IMG/VR virus record: IMGVR_UViG_3300028800_000075
DNA from: an uncultured virus (IMG/VR IMGVR_UViG_3300028800_000075)
Lineage: Duplodnaviria > Heunggongvirae > Uroviricota > Caudoviricetes
Length of the DNA: 64,000 nt
Direction: 5' to 3' (one strand)
Numbering within the stretch: the stretch's first letter is position 1; each line of letters opens with the position of its first letter. Shown here piece after piece: positions 1 through 9,806 of the stretch. The notes beneath the pieces were generated by a model that saw only the letters and a list, made by a program, of their open reading frames with translations, made no database searches and had not been told where the DNA came from. The position numbers were made by a program, and so were the translations under genes.

Positions 1-668
1 CAACCCTTGGCTCGCACGTAGTCACGCTCCGACGCCAAGAACATGTCGCAGTATTTACGTAGGTTGTCACCCGTCTCGGGCACTAAATACTCATCGGCGT
101 CGGCAAACACCACGACACGGTGGCCTCGCAGGTAGATGCGTTGAAAGCACTTGACGACGTTAGTGCACCATGCCCAATCGGCGACCCTCTCGCTCGGCAC
201 CGACACTACGTTGATGCGCGGAAAGTTGGCTTTTGCACGTAGCACGCTGTCGTCATCGGTGCCATTGTCAAGGACATAGAGGTTGTCGTACCCAAACGCG
301 GTGCCGTAGTACGAGCACCATAGCTCGAGAAAGAAGGGTTCGTTCCTGACGATGGTGAAGGCGGCAAAGTCACGCTTGCCCGTGTGGCCCAAGTTGACCA
401 TGTTGGCCGCTTGCTCCAGTGCAGCGTCAGGAAAGACAACCGCACTATCACGGGCCACCACGTCGGCCTCATATGTCTCCTTCAACCATGGATAGGCCTG
501 CGCATGGCCATTGCTGACGGCATCCTCGACCAGAGCCAATACAATGCGTTGCTGTGCAGGTGCCAACGTGGCCCAAGCGTTAGCATTGGGCCCCTTGACG
601 CTGTCGGCAAACTTGGTGCGGATGCTCTGCGCGAAGGCAAACGCCGCACGTTCGAGTTTTGCCGACAT
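1..668 (-). CDS. Glycosyltransferase family 2-like protein, runs off the window edge
   Basis: Not in ORF track; manual translation MSAKLERAAF...FTIVRNEPFFLELWCSYYGTAFGYDNLYVLDNGTDD...VVFADADEYL (GT-A fold, DxD). Confidence 0.8.
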   Translation of the reverse strand, partial: MSAKLERAAFAFAQSIRTKFADSVKGPNANAWATLAPAQQRIVLALVEDAVSNGHAQAYPWLKETYEADVVARDSAVVFPDAALEQAANMVNLGHTGKRDFAAFTIVRNEPFFLELWCSYYGTAFGYDNLYVLDNGTDDDSVLRAKANFPRINVVSVPSERVADWAWCTNVVKCFQRIYLRGHRVVVFADADEYLVPETGDNLRKYCDMFLASERDYVRAKG

Positions 669-681
669 CGACCGCTTGGTA

Positions 682-1182
682 TCAGTTGCTCGGGTGAGCG
701 GCCTTGTTGAGCGTCGCCGCCGACTGCACCAGCTCTGCATAACCCGGGATGGGCTCACCGGCGGCAAGGCCACCGTGTGCAGCGGTAGCGCCCGTCTTGA
801 ACTCGTTGACAATCGCCAGCACGTTGCCGACAGCGTCGCTCAACGTCGAGATCAACATTCCCCAGTTGGGAGCCGGCCCGGTCGCATTCTGAAAGGCGAC
901 GACGGCGTCATTGAGGGTGGCGAGGCCGTCAGTGACAGCGACCAACGACTTCTGAAACTTCGCATTGGCGGCGGCCTGGCTCGCCGCGGGCAGCGAGGGC
1001 AGGATGAAGTTCCATGCCGACGTAGCGGCGGCCACGGCGATCTGTGCCGACTGCTCGACGGTCTGCGCGACCTGCACCGGGGTGACAGTGCCAGTGCAAC
1101 CGACGAGGGCCGCGCCGACAGCGACAGGTGAGAGGACGACGGCTGCGGCGATGAGAATGCGGGGGAGAATTCTTGAGTTCAT
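682..1182 (-). CDS. Putative lipoprotein/membrane protein
   Basis: Basic N-terminus, hydrophobic signal, lipobox-like LVGC; Ala-rich helices. Confidence 0.6.
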   Translation of the reverse strand: MNSRILPRILIAAAVVLSPVAVGAALVGCTGTVTPVQVAQTVEQSAQIAVAAATSAWNFILPSLPAASQAAANAKFQKSLVAVTDGLATLNDAVVAFQNATGPAPNWGMLISTLSDAVGNVLAIVNEFKTGATAAHGGLAAGEPIPGYAELVQSAATLNKAAHPSN

Positions 1183-1222
1183 GGGTTCATCCTAAGTCAC
1201 GTGGTGGAGATGTATACCTAGG

Positions 1223-2164
1223 CTACGCGCCACACACTTGTTCGAACAACTTGACATACTTCAAGGCGACGTGGCCGATGTCAATGTCAGCGATAGACGA
1301 CGCGTCGAGCGACTGGCGGGGAGGCAGGTCCGCGACCTGGGTGACGTCGATGGGCGGCGGCGTGTTGTAGTCATAGAGCTCGAAGTCGAAGGGTGCGTCC
1401 TTGAGGACGTGGCCGTAGCCACCGACGAGTTCCTTGGTGCCACCCACCTCGCTGCAGGCGACGGGGGTGCCCTGTGACAGTGCCTCGATCACCGTATTGG
1501 GACAGTGATCGCCCCACGCCAGGTGCAACAACCAGTCGGCGGCCGAGTACACCTGCAGGTAGGTCGCCTCATCGACGGATCCCGCATAGAAGACGTGGGG
1601 GCCCGTCGCCCGGTGATCGGGGTTGCTGCCCAACACGATGAGGCAGCTATTCGGGTGAAAGGTGCGCAGGTGGTCGAACAGGGCGACGTTGGCCGCCAAT
1701 CGCTTCTGGCCGTGCCAGTTGGCGCTGCAGGCGTAGATGCGGTCGTAGGCACCACGCATGTCGAGCAACTTCGGAATGGTGATCTCGTTGACGGGCACCG
1801 GTGAGGTGCCGTTGTGGATGACGCGGCCCAAGACGTGGCCGGGCAGGCCGAAGTGCTTCAGCACCATCGTCATGTCGAAGGTCGATTGCCAGACAACGGC
1901 GTCGGCACGCTGGTACAACAACCGCATGCTGGTGTTCTTGGTGGCAAAGTCCTGCGGCCGCGACCAGATGCCGTCGAGGCGCTGCACCACCCTACGGGCC
2001 AGCGGTGCACCCGTGGGCTCGATGAAGACCAGCGACACGTCGGCACCCGTGCCCGTGTCGGCGACGGTGTGACCCTGCTCGAACAGGGCACGGGCCAACC
2101 GGGCACCGAAGGTGTTGGGCCCCGATGACGATGAGAAGATGACGTTGTCGAAGTGTACGATCAC
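1223..2164 (-). CDS. Glycosyltransferase family 4 (GT-B)
   Basis: GPNTF N-terminus, VIHNG, DHCPNTVIEALSQGTPV...GGTKELV motif. Confidence 0.9.
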   Translation of the reverse strand: MIVHFDNVIFSSSSGPNTFGARLARALFEQGHTVADTGTGADVSLVFIEPTGAPLARRVVQRLDGIWSRPQDFATKNTSMRLLYQRADAVVWQSTFDMTMVLKHFGLPGHVLGRVIHNGTSPVPVNEITIPKLLDMRGAYDRIYACSANWHGQKRLAANVALFDHLRTFHPNSCLIVLGSNPDHRATGPHVFYAGSVDEATYLQVYSAADWLLHLAWGDHCPNTVIEALSQGTPVACSEVGGTKELVGGYGHVLKDAPFDFELYDYNTPPPIDVTQVADLPPRQSLDASSIADIDIGHVALKYVKLFEQVCGA

Positions 2165-2541
2165 GACCGGCGCTTGACCTCGGCGATGAGGGGCACCGCG
2201 AAGTCGGTGCCAGACAACATCACCGCCATCAACGTCAGCTCCTCGGTGGGCAGGTGCCCGAGCTCGGCGCGCATGGTGAAGATGTCAGGGTCGAGCTCCT
2301 GGTTACCGTTGATCAGGATGCCGTCATAGTACGTCTGGCTCAACCAGTTGGCGGCCTCGTTCGACAGGGGTAGTTCCGCGTCCCTGATGACGTCGGTCAT
2401 CGCCTCGAAGATGGTGGTGTAGATGTCGGTGCAGGTGACCAAGTTGAGGCTCTTCTCGTCGGTGATCAGCGGCTGCAACTTGGCGCTCAACAGGCGCGAG
2501 ATGGCCTGGTGGAATTCCTGGGGCTTCAACCTTGATGTCAT
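2161..2541 (-). CDS. Hypothetical protein, paralog of 2538-2927
   Basis: 4-nt overlaps with both neighbours; shared S-x-EA-x-NWL motif. Confidence 0.75.
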   Translation of the reverse strand: MTSRLKPQEFHQAISRLLSAKLQPLITDEKSLNLVTCTDIYTTIFEAMTDVIRDAELPLSNEAANWLSQTYYDGILINGNQELDPDIFTMRAELGHLPTEELTLMAVMLSGTDFAVPLIAEVKRRS

Positions 2542-2927
2542 GCGATCGTCCTCCTTGCGTATTCCTGCTCCAGTTTAGCACCCATCTTGGTGCCGTTGAA
2601 CAGGTTGTGGAGCAGCTCAATGTCACTGTACGACATGTCGGAGAGCTTGTACTCATTGTGGATGATCAGCTCCGCCACTGATGAGGTGCCCTCGCTCGTC
2701 GCCACGTTGACGGCCTTGAAGTACTCGTCGGCGAGCCAATTCATCGCTTCGAGCGACGGTGCGCGTGAGCTCTTCGAGAAGATGCCGACGATGGTGGTGC
2801 GGATGGCGTCGCGCAGTTCACGTAGCAAGTTGGGTGTCAGCAACTGACCACTCGTGACGAACTTCTGCACCACGTGAGTGAGGTGCTGTTCGAGCAGCTT
2901 GCTAAACCTGATGTGACCGCTGGGCAT
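2538..2927 (-). CDS. Hypothetical protein, paralog of 2161-2541
   Basis: PSLEAMNWLADEYF vs LSNEAANWLSQTYY; -10-like TAAGAT 7 nt before ATG. Confidence 0.75.
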   Translation of the reverse strand: MPSGHIRFSKLLEQHLTHVVQKFVTSGQLLTPNLLRELRDAIRTTIVGIFSKSSRAPSLEAMNWLADEYFKAVNVATSEGTSSVAELIIHNEYKLSDMSYSDIELLHNLFNGTKMGAKLEQEYARRTIA

Positions 2928-2942
2928 GCGGTCAATCTTATA

Positions 2943-3860
2943 TCAGGCCTGCAGTACGTGTTCAAGGTACGTCACGTATTGCTGCACGCACGGGAGCCAG
3001 CCCGTAGGCGTCATCGCCGTGTTGGGAGCCAGCGGCCCGTTGAGGATCGCCTTCAGCTCGTCCCAGTTCTTGTAACTGTGGTCGGCACCCGCAAATTCGA
3101 CGCAACCTCCGCCGTCCTTGTGGACGTAGGTGGGCAGGCCGCACGATAGGCTCTCTAGCACATGGTTGGGCCCAGGATCGAAACGACTTGCCGACACGTA
3201 AACGTCGTGCTTGCCCAACTCGGCACCCAAGTCCTTGCCGAAGGTGGGCCTGATGACGTTGGTGTGCCTGAAGTCACACTCATGACGACCGATGTAGGTG
3301 AAGGCAAACTTGTCGGGCTGCTCGCCCACCAGCCTGTCGAGCTTCTGGTAGATGTCGGCACCCTTCATTTCGTGTGATGACCAGTGGTGCGCGACGATGT
3401 TGAGCTTGCCGTTGTTGAGCTTGGGCTGCGGGGCGAAGATGTCGGCGGCACAGCCGTTGACGATGACCGCCTGTTCCTTGCAGGCCCACCCCTTGGCATT
3501 GAAGTAGTCCTGCAACCAGTGCGATACGAAGACGGTGGCCGACACGTGGGGGGCCACCTTGAGGAGCAGCGCGTCCATGTGGCGGGTGCCCTTGCGGGCG
3601 TCGTTCTCGTTGACGCGGAGCACGATCTTCATGTTGGGGGCCTGGTACAGCTGGTGCATCACCGCCTGATCGACGGAGATGCCGGTGCCGTCGTTGTCGA
3701 GGCCCGCCAGCAGGCAGACATCGGGGGAGAAGTTCAGCGCCTCGTCGGTGAGCAGCTCGACGTTGGGCAGGGTGGGCGCGCGCTTGTGGAATGCGGCGAC
3801 CCACAAATTACCCCCACCCCACGGGCCTGAACGCGGTTGACGATTGACGTATAGCTTCAT
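2943..3860 (-). CDS. Glycosyltransferase family 4 (GT-B)
   Basis: GPWGGGN, VIVNG, SRFDPGPNHVLESLSCGLP motif. Confidence 0.9.
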   Translation of the reverse strand: MKLYVNRQPRSGPWGGGNLWVAAFHKRAPTLPNVELLTDEALNFSPDVCLLAGLDNDGTGISVDQAVMHQLYQAPNMKIVLRVNENDARKGTRHMDALLLKVAPHVSATVFVSHWLQDYFNAKGWACKEQAVIVNGCAADIFAPQPKLNNGKLNIVAHHWSSHEMKGADIYQKLDRLVGEQPDKFAFTYIGRHECDFRHTNVIRPTFGKDLGAELGKHDVYVSASRFDPGPNHVLESLSCGLPTYVHKDGGGCVEFAGADHSYKNWDELKAILNGPLAPNTAMTPTGWLPCVQQYVTYLEHVLQA

Positions 3861-3976
3861 GGATCTGATTCTAGCCTATTTGCAGGGCGCTTTGCACCCC
3901 ATCGAGCCGTGGTGATGCAATCGATGCGCAACTTGCAGAATTCACGATCGAATTGCGTATTCCCAATTCGCGACGA

Positions 3977-3983
3977 ATACTTA
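3977..3983 (+). promoter_or_regulatory. Putative phage late promoter motif ATACTTA
   Basis: Recurrent intergenic motif, 8 nt upstream of ATG 3992. Confidence 0.6.
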
Positions 3984-3991
3984 AAGTTACT

Positions 3992-4468
3992 ATGCCAAAT
4001 ACTGAAAGAGACAGCGGCCTCAGCGGCCAACACGACGGTGAACGTTTTTCACCCGCCACGTCACCAGTCCCCGGTTCATTCACCAACCGCGTTTCAAGTT
4101 CGCAGGGGGACAACTACGGTTACGACAACAGTAACTACGACTACAACAACGATGCCTCGGGGTCAATGACCTCGGGTTCCTGGTTCAATCGCAACCGTGA
4201 CAACACCTCAGGTTCACTGACGTCGGGTTCGCGATTTGACCACAATCGCAACCGCGATGCCTCTGGCCCGGTCACCACGTTCACTTGCATCCCTGACAAG
4301 CCCGTCGGCGTCCGCGCTGGCAACTTGCCCTTCGGCACCCCTGTCCGCGGCGTCGAGAAATTGTCTCCCAATGACCACGGTGACAACATTGTCCACGCGG
4401 GTAAACTGCCTCCCGAGACGATGGTCGTGCAGGCCGGCAACATCACGGCGCCCCTGTCGCGCTACTAA
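3992..4468 (+). CDS. Ser/Gly/Asn-rich hypothetical protein with an internal duplicated SGSxTSGSxF..NRNRD repeat
   Basis: Start moved to the ATG after the ATACTTA motif; repeat visible in protein and DNA. Confidence 0.7.
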   Translation: MPNTERDSGLSGQHDGERFSPATSPVPGSFTNRVSSSQGDNYGYDNSNYDYNNDASGSMTSGSWFNRNRDNTSGSLTSGSRFDHNRNRDASGPVTTFTCIPDKPVGVRAGNLPFGTPVRGVEKLSPNDHGDNIVHAGKLPPETMVVQAGNITAPLSRY

Positions 4469-4523
4469 GGTCTCTAACCCTAGGTACCACCTAGTTTTGC
4501 AGCACGTTCAATATCACTATATT

Positions 4524-4570
4524 TCGGTGCAGGATCGGTCGAAAGGCCGGGACTGCACCGATGTTCTTTT
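4524..4570 (+). terminator. Probable intrinsic terminator
   Basis: TCGGTGCAG..CGGTC-GAAA-GGCCG..CTGCACCGA hairpin followed by TGTTCTTTT. Confidence 0.65.
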
Positions 4571-4647
4571 AAGGGGCTCAAGTGCAACGTGCGCTGGTGG
4601 TTCAGGTCGACTGACAATCATGTGGGTGGGTTGATTACAATCAATTC

Positions 4648-5355
4648 ATGACACCACTCATTTCACTACTACTCCCATCGCGCAAACGTCACGCGAGCCT
4701 TCATCAATCGTTGGCGTCACTTGCTACGCTAGCGACCGATCCGAAACGCGTTGAAGTATTGGTACGTGCTGACGTTGATGATCCTCAAACGGTTGATGTT
4801 GCTCGCTCGCCATGGCCATTTCAAGTACGGACGCTTGTGGGTCAACGAGGCAATGGCTATGCTGATCTTCACCTGATGTACAATGAACTGTGCTCACACA
4901 GCACTGGTCGGTTATTGTTCCTATGGAATGATGACGCAATGATGTTGACGCCCGGGTGGGATGAAAAGTTGGTGCCCTTCGACGTCGGCAAGCTGTGTTA
5001 CCTCAATGTGGGCGTTGACGTCGGTAGTAAGGCACCTCAATCGGACAAGGGAGACTTGAGCTTTCCCATCGTTCACCGCACCTACTACGACGTGCTCGGT
5101 CACTACTCACCGTGGGCCCACAATGACACTTACGTATATTGGGTGTTGCAGCCCTTTTTCGGTCACGGCATTCACCACGAATCAGGTATTAATGTCAGGC
5201 ACCTGATCCACGACTACCTCGCGACAGGGGACGCCACGTCGGTTGAAGGTAGGAACATGCATCCCCAGACACGTGCAATCCGAAAGACGGCACCATTTCT
5301 GGCTCAGCTTGAAGCCGATCGCCAGAAGATCGCGGCTCACCTAGCAAGCAAGTGA
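4648..5355 (+). CDS. Glycosyltransferase family 2-like
   Basis: ISLLLPSR, VEVLVRADVDD, LFLWNDD motif. Confidence 0.85.
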   Translation: MTPLISLLLPSRKRHASLHQSLASLATLATDPKRVEVLVRADVDDPQTVDVARSPWPFQVRTLVGQRGNGYADLHLMYNELCSHSTGRLLFLWNDDAMMLTPGWDEKLVPFDVGKLCYLNVGVDVGSKAPQSDKGDLSFPIVHRTYYDVLGHYSPWAHNDTYVYWVLQPFFGHGIHHESGINVRHLIHDYLATGDATSVEGRNMHPQTRAIRKTAPFLAQLEADRQKIAAHLASK

Positions 5356-6263
5356 CCCTATACTTCGTGCACGGCATCAACACCATTGGTGCCTCGATGA
5401 AGAGGGCACCGGTTGAGAGTGAATACCTCGCCGCCGGTTTGCAGTACGCCGGCGCCGTGGTGCTTGAGGAGCGAAACTTCATCCTGTTGGCACACCGCGA
5501 TCACCGCGTTCAACGTACTGATCGCGTCATCAACTTCTTCTGTACAGATGAGAACGCTCACCTCGTTTATGGCGCCGTCGATCCACAATACAGGTGGACA
5601 TACCTGATCGATGAACGGGCGGCACTCGATGGCACCGATGGGTACGGAGCACGGATCCGCAATCACTTCCCACGATTTGACGTCACTCACGCCATCATCA
5701 CCTACCCAAGCGCGCGACACGTTGAAAATCTCACCCGGGCTAGCATCAAGTGTGCAGTGATGCCTCACTGCGTGCCCAGTCGGCGAAAGCGGGTGGCAAA
5801 GTCAGGTGCAATCGTCGTCTCAGGTACCATTGAAGAGGCAACGTACCCGACGAGGTGGCGCCTCGTCGAGGCACTCAATCACTTGGTACCAGAACTCCAG
5901 ACACGTGTCTCCACCGCACCCGGCCGTCCATACTACGATGCGCTCGATGCCTACCAATTTGGTGTGGTCTGCAGGGGTGGCACCGCCGACTGCCTCGTCG
6001 CCAAGTACGTGGAATTCGGCATGTGTCACGTGTTGCCCATCGGTGATTGCCCATCGTACATGCCTGCTGACATGCGACGGGAGATGATTGATGCCGAGCA
6101 CATGTCAGGTGAACAGGTGGTCGCCGAAGTCAAGCGGTTATTGGCGTCACCCGCCGAACTTGTTGCACGACAGGAGGCATACTGTGAGGCAGTACACCGT
6201 CACTATGACCTACGGGAGAATGCTCAACGGGCGGTGAGAGAGATCATCACTACCTTCACTTGA
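5352..6263 (+). CDS. Putative glycosyltransferase (GT-B-like)
   Basis: SGT..TYPTR, YYDAL..Y, LVAKYVEFGMC C-terminal GT-B pattern; GTGA coupling to upstream GT. Confidence 0.6.
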   Translation: MTLYFVHGINTIGASMKRAPVESEYLAAGLQYAGAVVLEERNFILLAHRDHRVQRTDRVINFFCTDENAHLVYGAVDPQYRWTYLIDERAALDGTDGYGARIRNHFPRFDVTHAIITYPSARHVENLTRASIKCAVMPHCVPSRRKRVAKSGAIVVSGTIEEATYPTRWRLVEALNHLVPELQTRVSTAPGRPYYDALDAYQFGVVCRGGTADCLVAKYVEFGMCHVLPIGDCPSYMPADMRREMIDAEHMSGEQVVAEVKRLLASPAELVARQEAYCEAVHRHYDLRENAQRAVREIITTFT

Positions 6264-7011
6264 CGTAGCCCCGCTGCCTCAGGAACACCGCCTCATCGCG
6301 TTGAAAGCGGGCGTCGGCGGTCTGGTACGTTGCGGGTTCATCCTTGATAGTGTAGTGATACATCACCCGAGGCACAAAGCCCCTCTTTTGCGCACGGTGG
6401 AGAATTGGCAGGTACAACGCTTGGTCCCCTGCGCGCCGCACGTACTCACCGTCCTCACCCCTGAAGTTCTGGTCATTGACGCCATTGATCAGCTGTTTCC
6501 TGAATGTCTTCAGGTGCGAGCTCACCCACGGGTGCTGGTAGACGACGGCGCCGGGAGGCAGGGGCCCGCTGATGTTCTTGTCGCTGAAGGCCCACCGGTG
6601 AGCCGTCCACAGCGCATCGGCCCCCGTCTGGTTGTAGAGGGCATTGAGGTAGGCCAGCGTATCGAGGTCGGTCAGCCAGTCGTCGGCATCGATCCTGCAG
6701 ACGATGTCGTCGTCATCGCACATGGAAATGCCCTTCAACACGTTGGCGACCTCCCACAATTTGTCGTCGTTCCACATCACCTCAATCTTATCGTGAACGA
6801 TCATGTTGGGCGTCCAACCCGGCGACACCAGGGCGCGCCACCTGTTGATGATGTCGACCTCCTTGATGACCTCGGGGTGATCCGACACATCGTCGACGAG
6901 GATGATGCGCCAATTGGGATACGACTGACCCACCACCGACGCCAGCATCTGGCCCACCGTCGCCGACGCGTTGTACATGGGGGCGACAAAGACGAAGCGA
7001 TTGTCAGTCAT
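6256..7011 (-). CDS. Glycosyltransferase family 2
   Basis: FVFVAPMYNA, QSYPNWRIILVDDVS, CRIDADDWL. Confidence 0.9.
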   Translation of the reverse strand: MTDNRFVFVAPMYNASATVGQMLASVVGQSYPNWRIILVDDVSDHPEVIKEVDIINRWRALVSPGWTPNMIVHDKIEVMWNDDKLWEVANVLKGISMCDDDDIVCRIDADDWLTDLDTLAYLNALYNQTGADALWTAHRWAFSDKNISGPLPPGAVVYQHPWVSSHLKTFRKQLINGVNDQNFRGEDGEYVRRAGDQALYLPILHRAQKRGFVPRVMYHYTIKDEPATYQTADARFQRDEAVFLRQRGYVK

Positions 7012-7432
7012 CTCCCACCTCAATCAGCTCATCGTCGACGGTGAACCACTTGCGGCCACACTTGACCGGGTGCTTGACGACAGGCCTCACGTTGGCCAGC
7101 ACCATGGCGTACTTCTGCACCAGCTTGCCCTGCTTGTTGTAGTCCCACAGGCGACAGCAGGCGGCCTCCTCGTCGGCCTCGGTGCCCAACCGACAGTCGA
7201 CAATGTCAACGACACACTGCATCGTGCCCGCGTCGGCCATCGCTGCCGTCGACACCATGTAGCCGCTGGCCCGCAGGTTGACCAATAATTCGAGGCCACC
7301 CGGCGACGTTGACTTCGTCGAACAGATGAGGACGGGCCCGCGGTAGGGAGTGCTCCAGAACCGCGTTTCAATCGTCTTGACGCCCGCCCGGATCAGGTAG
7401 GCATAGGGTTGGTGCAGACCGAGGGCTTTCAC
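7004..7432 (-). CDS. ASCH domain protein
   Basis: KALGLHQPYAYLIRAGVKTIETRFWSTPYRGPVLI (GxKxxExR); GTGA start overlap. Confidence 0.9.
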   Translation of the reverse strand: MKALGLHQPYAYLIRAGVKTIETRFWSTPYRGPVLICSTKSTSPGGLELLVNLRASGYMVSTAAMADAGTMQCVVDIVDCRLGTEADEEAACCRLWDYNKQGKLVQKYAMVLANVRPVVKHPVKCGRKWFTVDDELIEVGDD

Positions 7433-7686
7433 GGCGCCTCGACGGCGGTCAACTTGTTGAAGCACTCGAGGGCCCGACGCAGGTCGCCGAAGGTCAACGT
7501 GTAGGTCTGTTGCATCTGGTATGTTGATACCATGACGCCGGTGTCATCGGTATCACGAAAGGTGTCCGGGATGACGGGTGGCAGGCACTTAGCATACAGC
7601 GCGAAGGGCCGCAGCGCCGCGCGGCAAGCGTGAAGTTCCATCCTCAGCTTTTCGTTCTGCTCACGCAAGTCATCATCATCACTCAT
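7429..7686 (-). CDS. Hypothetical protein
   Basis: Fits operon packing; ALRPFA...TFGDLRRA pattern. Confidence 0.7.
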   Translation of the reverse strand: MSDDDDLREQNEKLRMELHACRAALRPFALYAKCLPPVIPDTFRDTDDTGVMVSTYQMQQTYTLTFGDLRRALECFNKLTAVEAP

Positions 7687-7690
7687 TGCA

Positions 7691-8176
7691 TCACCAAGTG
7701 TCATTATCGGTCAGGTCGAGCGCTTCACCGCACGAGCACCTGACCTTGACGACGGTGCCCGTGACGGCGGGGGTGAATTCCCAAGTGTAGGTGCCGACTG
7801 CACCAGTGTGATGCTTGTACGTGTCGTGTGCCTGCATCCAAGTGCGAACAAAGTGGTCATCGTCACCTGACACGTGGAACGACGTGGGTCTATGATAGAG
7901 CTCCTCCTCTTCACAGAAGGGGCACTTGGTGGGTAGGGGTCCCATCGACGGTTTCCACACGTGTTTTCTGGCAATGCACTTGCGAGACCACCACCAATCC
8001 CACAGTTTAGCGAAGCCCGTGGGAGGGGCCACGCGCGCGGCACAGGGACCCTCGTGACCCGGCGTACGTGAGCAATACCAACCCGGCGGCGGGATGGGAC
8101 ACTTGTTCGGTAAGTTGTAGAACTCGGGAGTTTTCACGTGGCCCGTTAGGGCGTCATTGTCATTACCAGTCGGCAC
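7691..8176 (-). CDS. Cys/His-rich hypothetical protein
   Basis: CSRTPGHEGPC, CPFC, CSCG motifs. Confidence 0.7.
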   Translation of the reverse strand: MPTGNDNDALTGHVKTPEFYNLPNKCPIPPPGWYCSRTPGHEGPCAARVAPPTGFAKLWDWWWSRKCIARKHVWKPSMGPLPTKCPFCEEEELYHRPTSFHVSGDDDHFVRTWMQAHDTYKHHTGAVGTYTWEFTPAVTGTVVKVRCSCGEALDLTDNDTW

Positions 8177-8894
8177 GTTCGCCTCCCACTTCTCCGGGTT
8201 TTGTCAGTAAAACTTGACCGTAATCACGATCAACGCCCTGGTGCTTATCATCAGCGAACATGATGCGATCCATGATGATCAGCTCCTTCGACGGATCATC
8301 GATCTCGTCGATGGCCTTACTGCACTTGATGCCCGGGTCTGACTTCGACGGCAGGTGATAATCATCGAAGAGGCAAAACTTCGTCCACTTGTCCTTCGTC
8401 TGCAACCAGTCGTGCTTCGTGCCCTCGTAGGAATGGTCACCATCGATGTAGATGAGGTCGTAGGGACCTGATAGGGTGGGCAGCACTTGCTGCGATGTGC
8501 CACGGGCGAACTGCACGTACTTGAACAGCTCGGTCGGCAGGACCTGACCCAAGGCATTGAGGAATTTGTCGTCGACGTTGGGTTCGACCGTCGTCACCTT
8601 GCCCGGGAGACCCGCGTCGTAGAAGGCCTTGGCGGCACACAGGGCCGAATAACCGCGGCCGAAGCCGATCTCCAACATCGACGTCAGGTTGTATTGACGA
8701 ATGAGGTAGTAGATCAGGATCCCGCGCTCGTAGTTGCTCCTGTACACTGCGCCGTACTTCTTGTAGTTGGGGTCGTTGGGATCTCGGGTGCGCTTGGCAG
8801 TGAACTCGCCCAACGTGTCAAAGTCACCCATGACGATGCTGTCAAGGGCGACGCCCATCTCTTCGAGTTTGGTCTTGACGTTCAGTGTTCTCAT
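8163..8894 (-). CDS. Class I SAM-dependent methyltransferase (Methyltransf_24-like)
   Basis: MLEIGFGRGYS, DLIYIDGDHSY, LFDDY. Confidence 0.9.
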   Translation of the reverse strand: MRTLNVKTKLEEMGVALDSIVMGDFDTLGEFTAKRTRDPNDPNYKKYGAVYRSNYERGILIYYLIRQYNLTSMLEIGFGRGYSALCAAKAFYDAGLPGKVTTVEPNVDDKFLNALGQVLPTELFKYVQFARGTSQQVLPTLSGPYDLIYIDGDHSYEGTKHDWLQTKDKWTKFCLFDDYHLPSKSDPGIKCSKAIDEIDDPSKELIIMDRIMFADDKHQGVDRDYGQVLLTKPGEVGGERADW

Positions 8895-9331
8895 GGTTCA
8901 TCCTTCGACTTGCGTTTGTTGGGCGTCTCGTGATCGTCTTTGGTAGGCGGGGGCTTATACGCCTTGAGCTTCTCCACACCCAGCACCGCGAGGTGGTCAT
9001 ACGGAAAGGCTCGATTGCACGGATCGCCGATGCGACGCTTCCACCCGTGTTGCTCGAGCCACGCCACCACGTCGCCTACCCGGGTGAACGGACCACGCTT
9101 GAGAGCCAGCGGCGACCGCCACCGACCCAGCACCACGGTGCCCAACTGCTTGACCCAGTCGGCCTCAATGCGGCGTTCAGTGCCGTCCTTGCGAATGACG
9201 ATGTCGACTTGCCTCGATGTCCTCAGGCGGTGATCGTCAGACAACACCCGCTTCATGTAGTCATAGGTGCGTGGGCCCAAAGCCAGCCACAACAGCAAGC
9301 GACGGAGTGGGAGCAGGCGTAGTTTCCTCAT
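8891..9331 (-). CDS. Basic hypothetical protein
   Basis: ATGA overlaps at both ends. Confidence 0.6.
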   Translation of the reverse strand: MRKLRLLPLRRLLLWLALGPRTYDYMKRVLSDDHRLRTSRQVDIVIRKDGTERRIEADWVKQLGTVVLGRWRSPLALKRGPFTRVGDVVAWLEQHGWKRRIGDPCNRAFPYDHLAVLGVEKLKAYKPPPTKDDHETPNKRKSKDEP

Positions 9332-9576
9332 GAGCATTCCTGTGCGTTGACTAATCCACTCTCACCTGGCATGACGGGGCCAAGCTTGAGGCCGTGCTGG
9401 CGATATGCATCTTGAACGCAGCTCATTCGACCATTGCACCTGATCGCGGTCGCCGTGCACATCTCGCTGGCATTCAGCGCCAGCGTTTTGCCGTCGACGG
9501 TGATGACTTTCTGGCACGTGCAACCCGTCATGTCGCGCCACAGTCTCTTGCGTAGTGCTGCAACCTCTCGCTTCAT
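9328..9576 (-). CDS. Small Cys-containing hypothetical protein
   Basis: ATGA overlaps. Confidence 0.6.
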   Translation of the reverse strand: MKREVAALRKRLWRDMTGCTCQKVITVDGKTLALNASEMCTATAIRCNGRMSCVQDAYRQHGLKLGPVMPGESGLVNAQECS

Positions 9577-9806
9577 GCGCCCACCTTCAAACGGTAACCA
9601 TAACCCCCGCGGGGTCCAAAGTTCTTGAGGCGGTCGAGTTCACCCCCATCACACATGCGCTTCAGAACGCTCGAGAGACTCGACAGTTTGACCGACTCAC
9701 TGGGGCCGATGCCGCTCTCCACGTTGAGCACGTGGTAGATGTCGACAGCGGTGACGATGGCACCGGCGTGCTTGAGCAGGTGGAGGACGCGTCGACGAAT
9801 GGTCAT
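9573..9806 (-). CDS. Putative winged-helix DNA-binding protein
   Basis: TAVDIY...LSSLSSVLKRMCDGGELDR...GYGYRL wHTH pattern; ATGA overlap at 9806. Confidence 0.6.
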   Translation of the reverse strand: MTIRRRVLHLLKHAGAIVTAVDIYHVLNVESGIGPSESVKLSSLSSVLKRMCDGGELDRLKNFGPRGGYGYRLKVGA

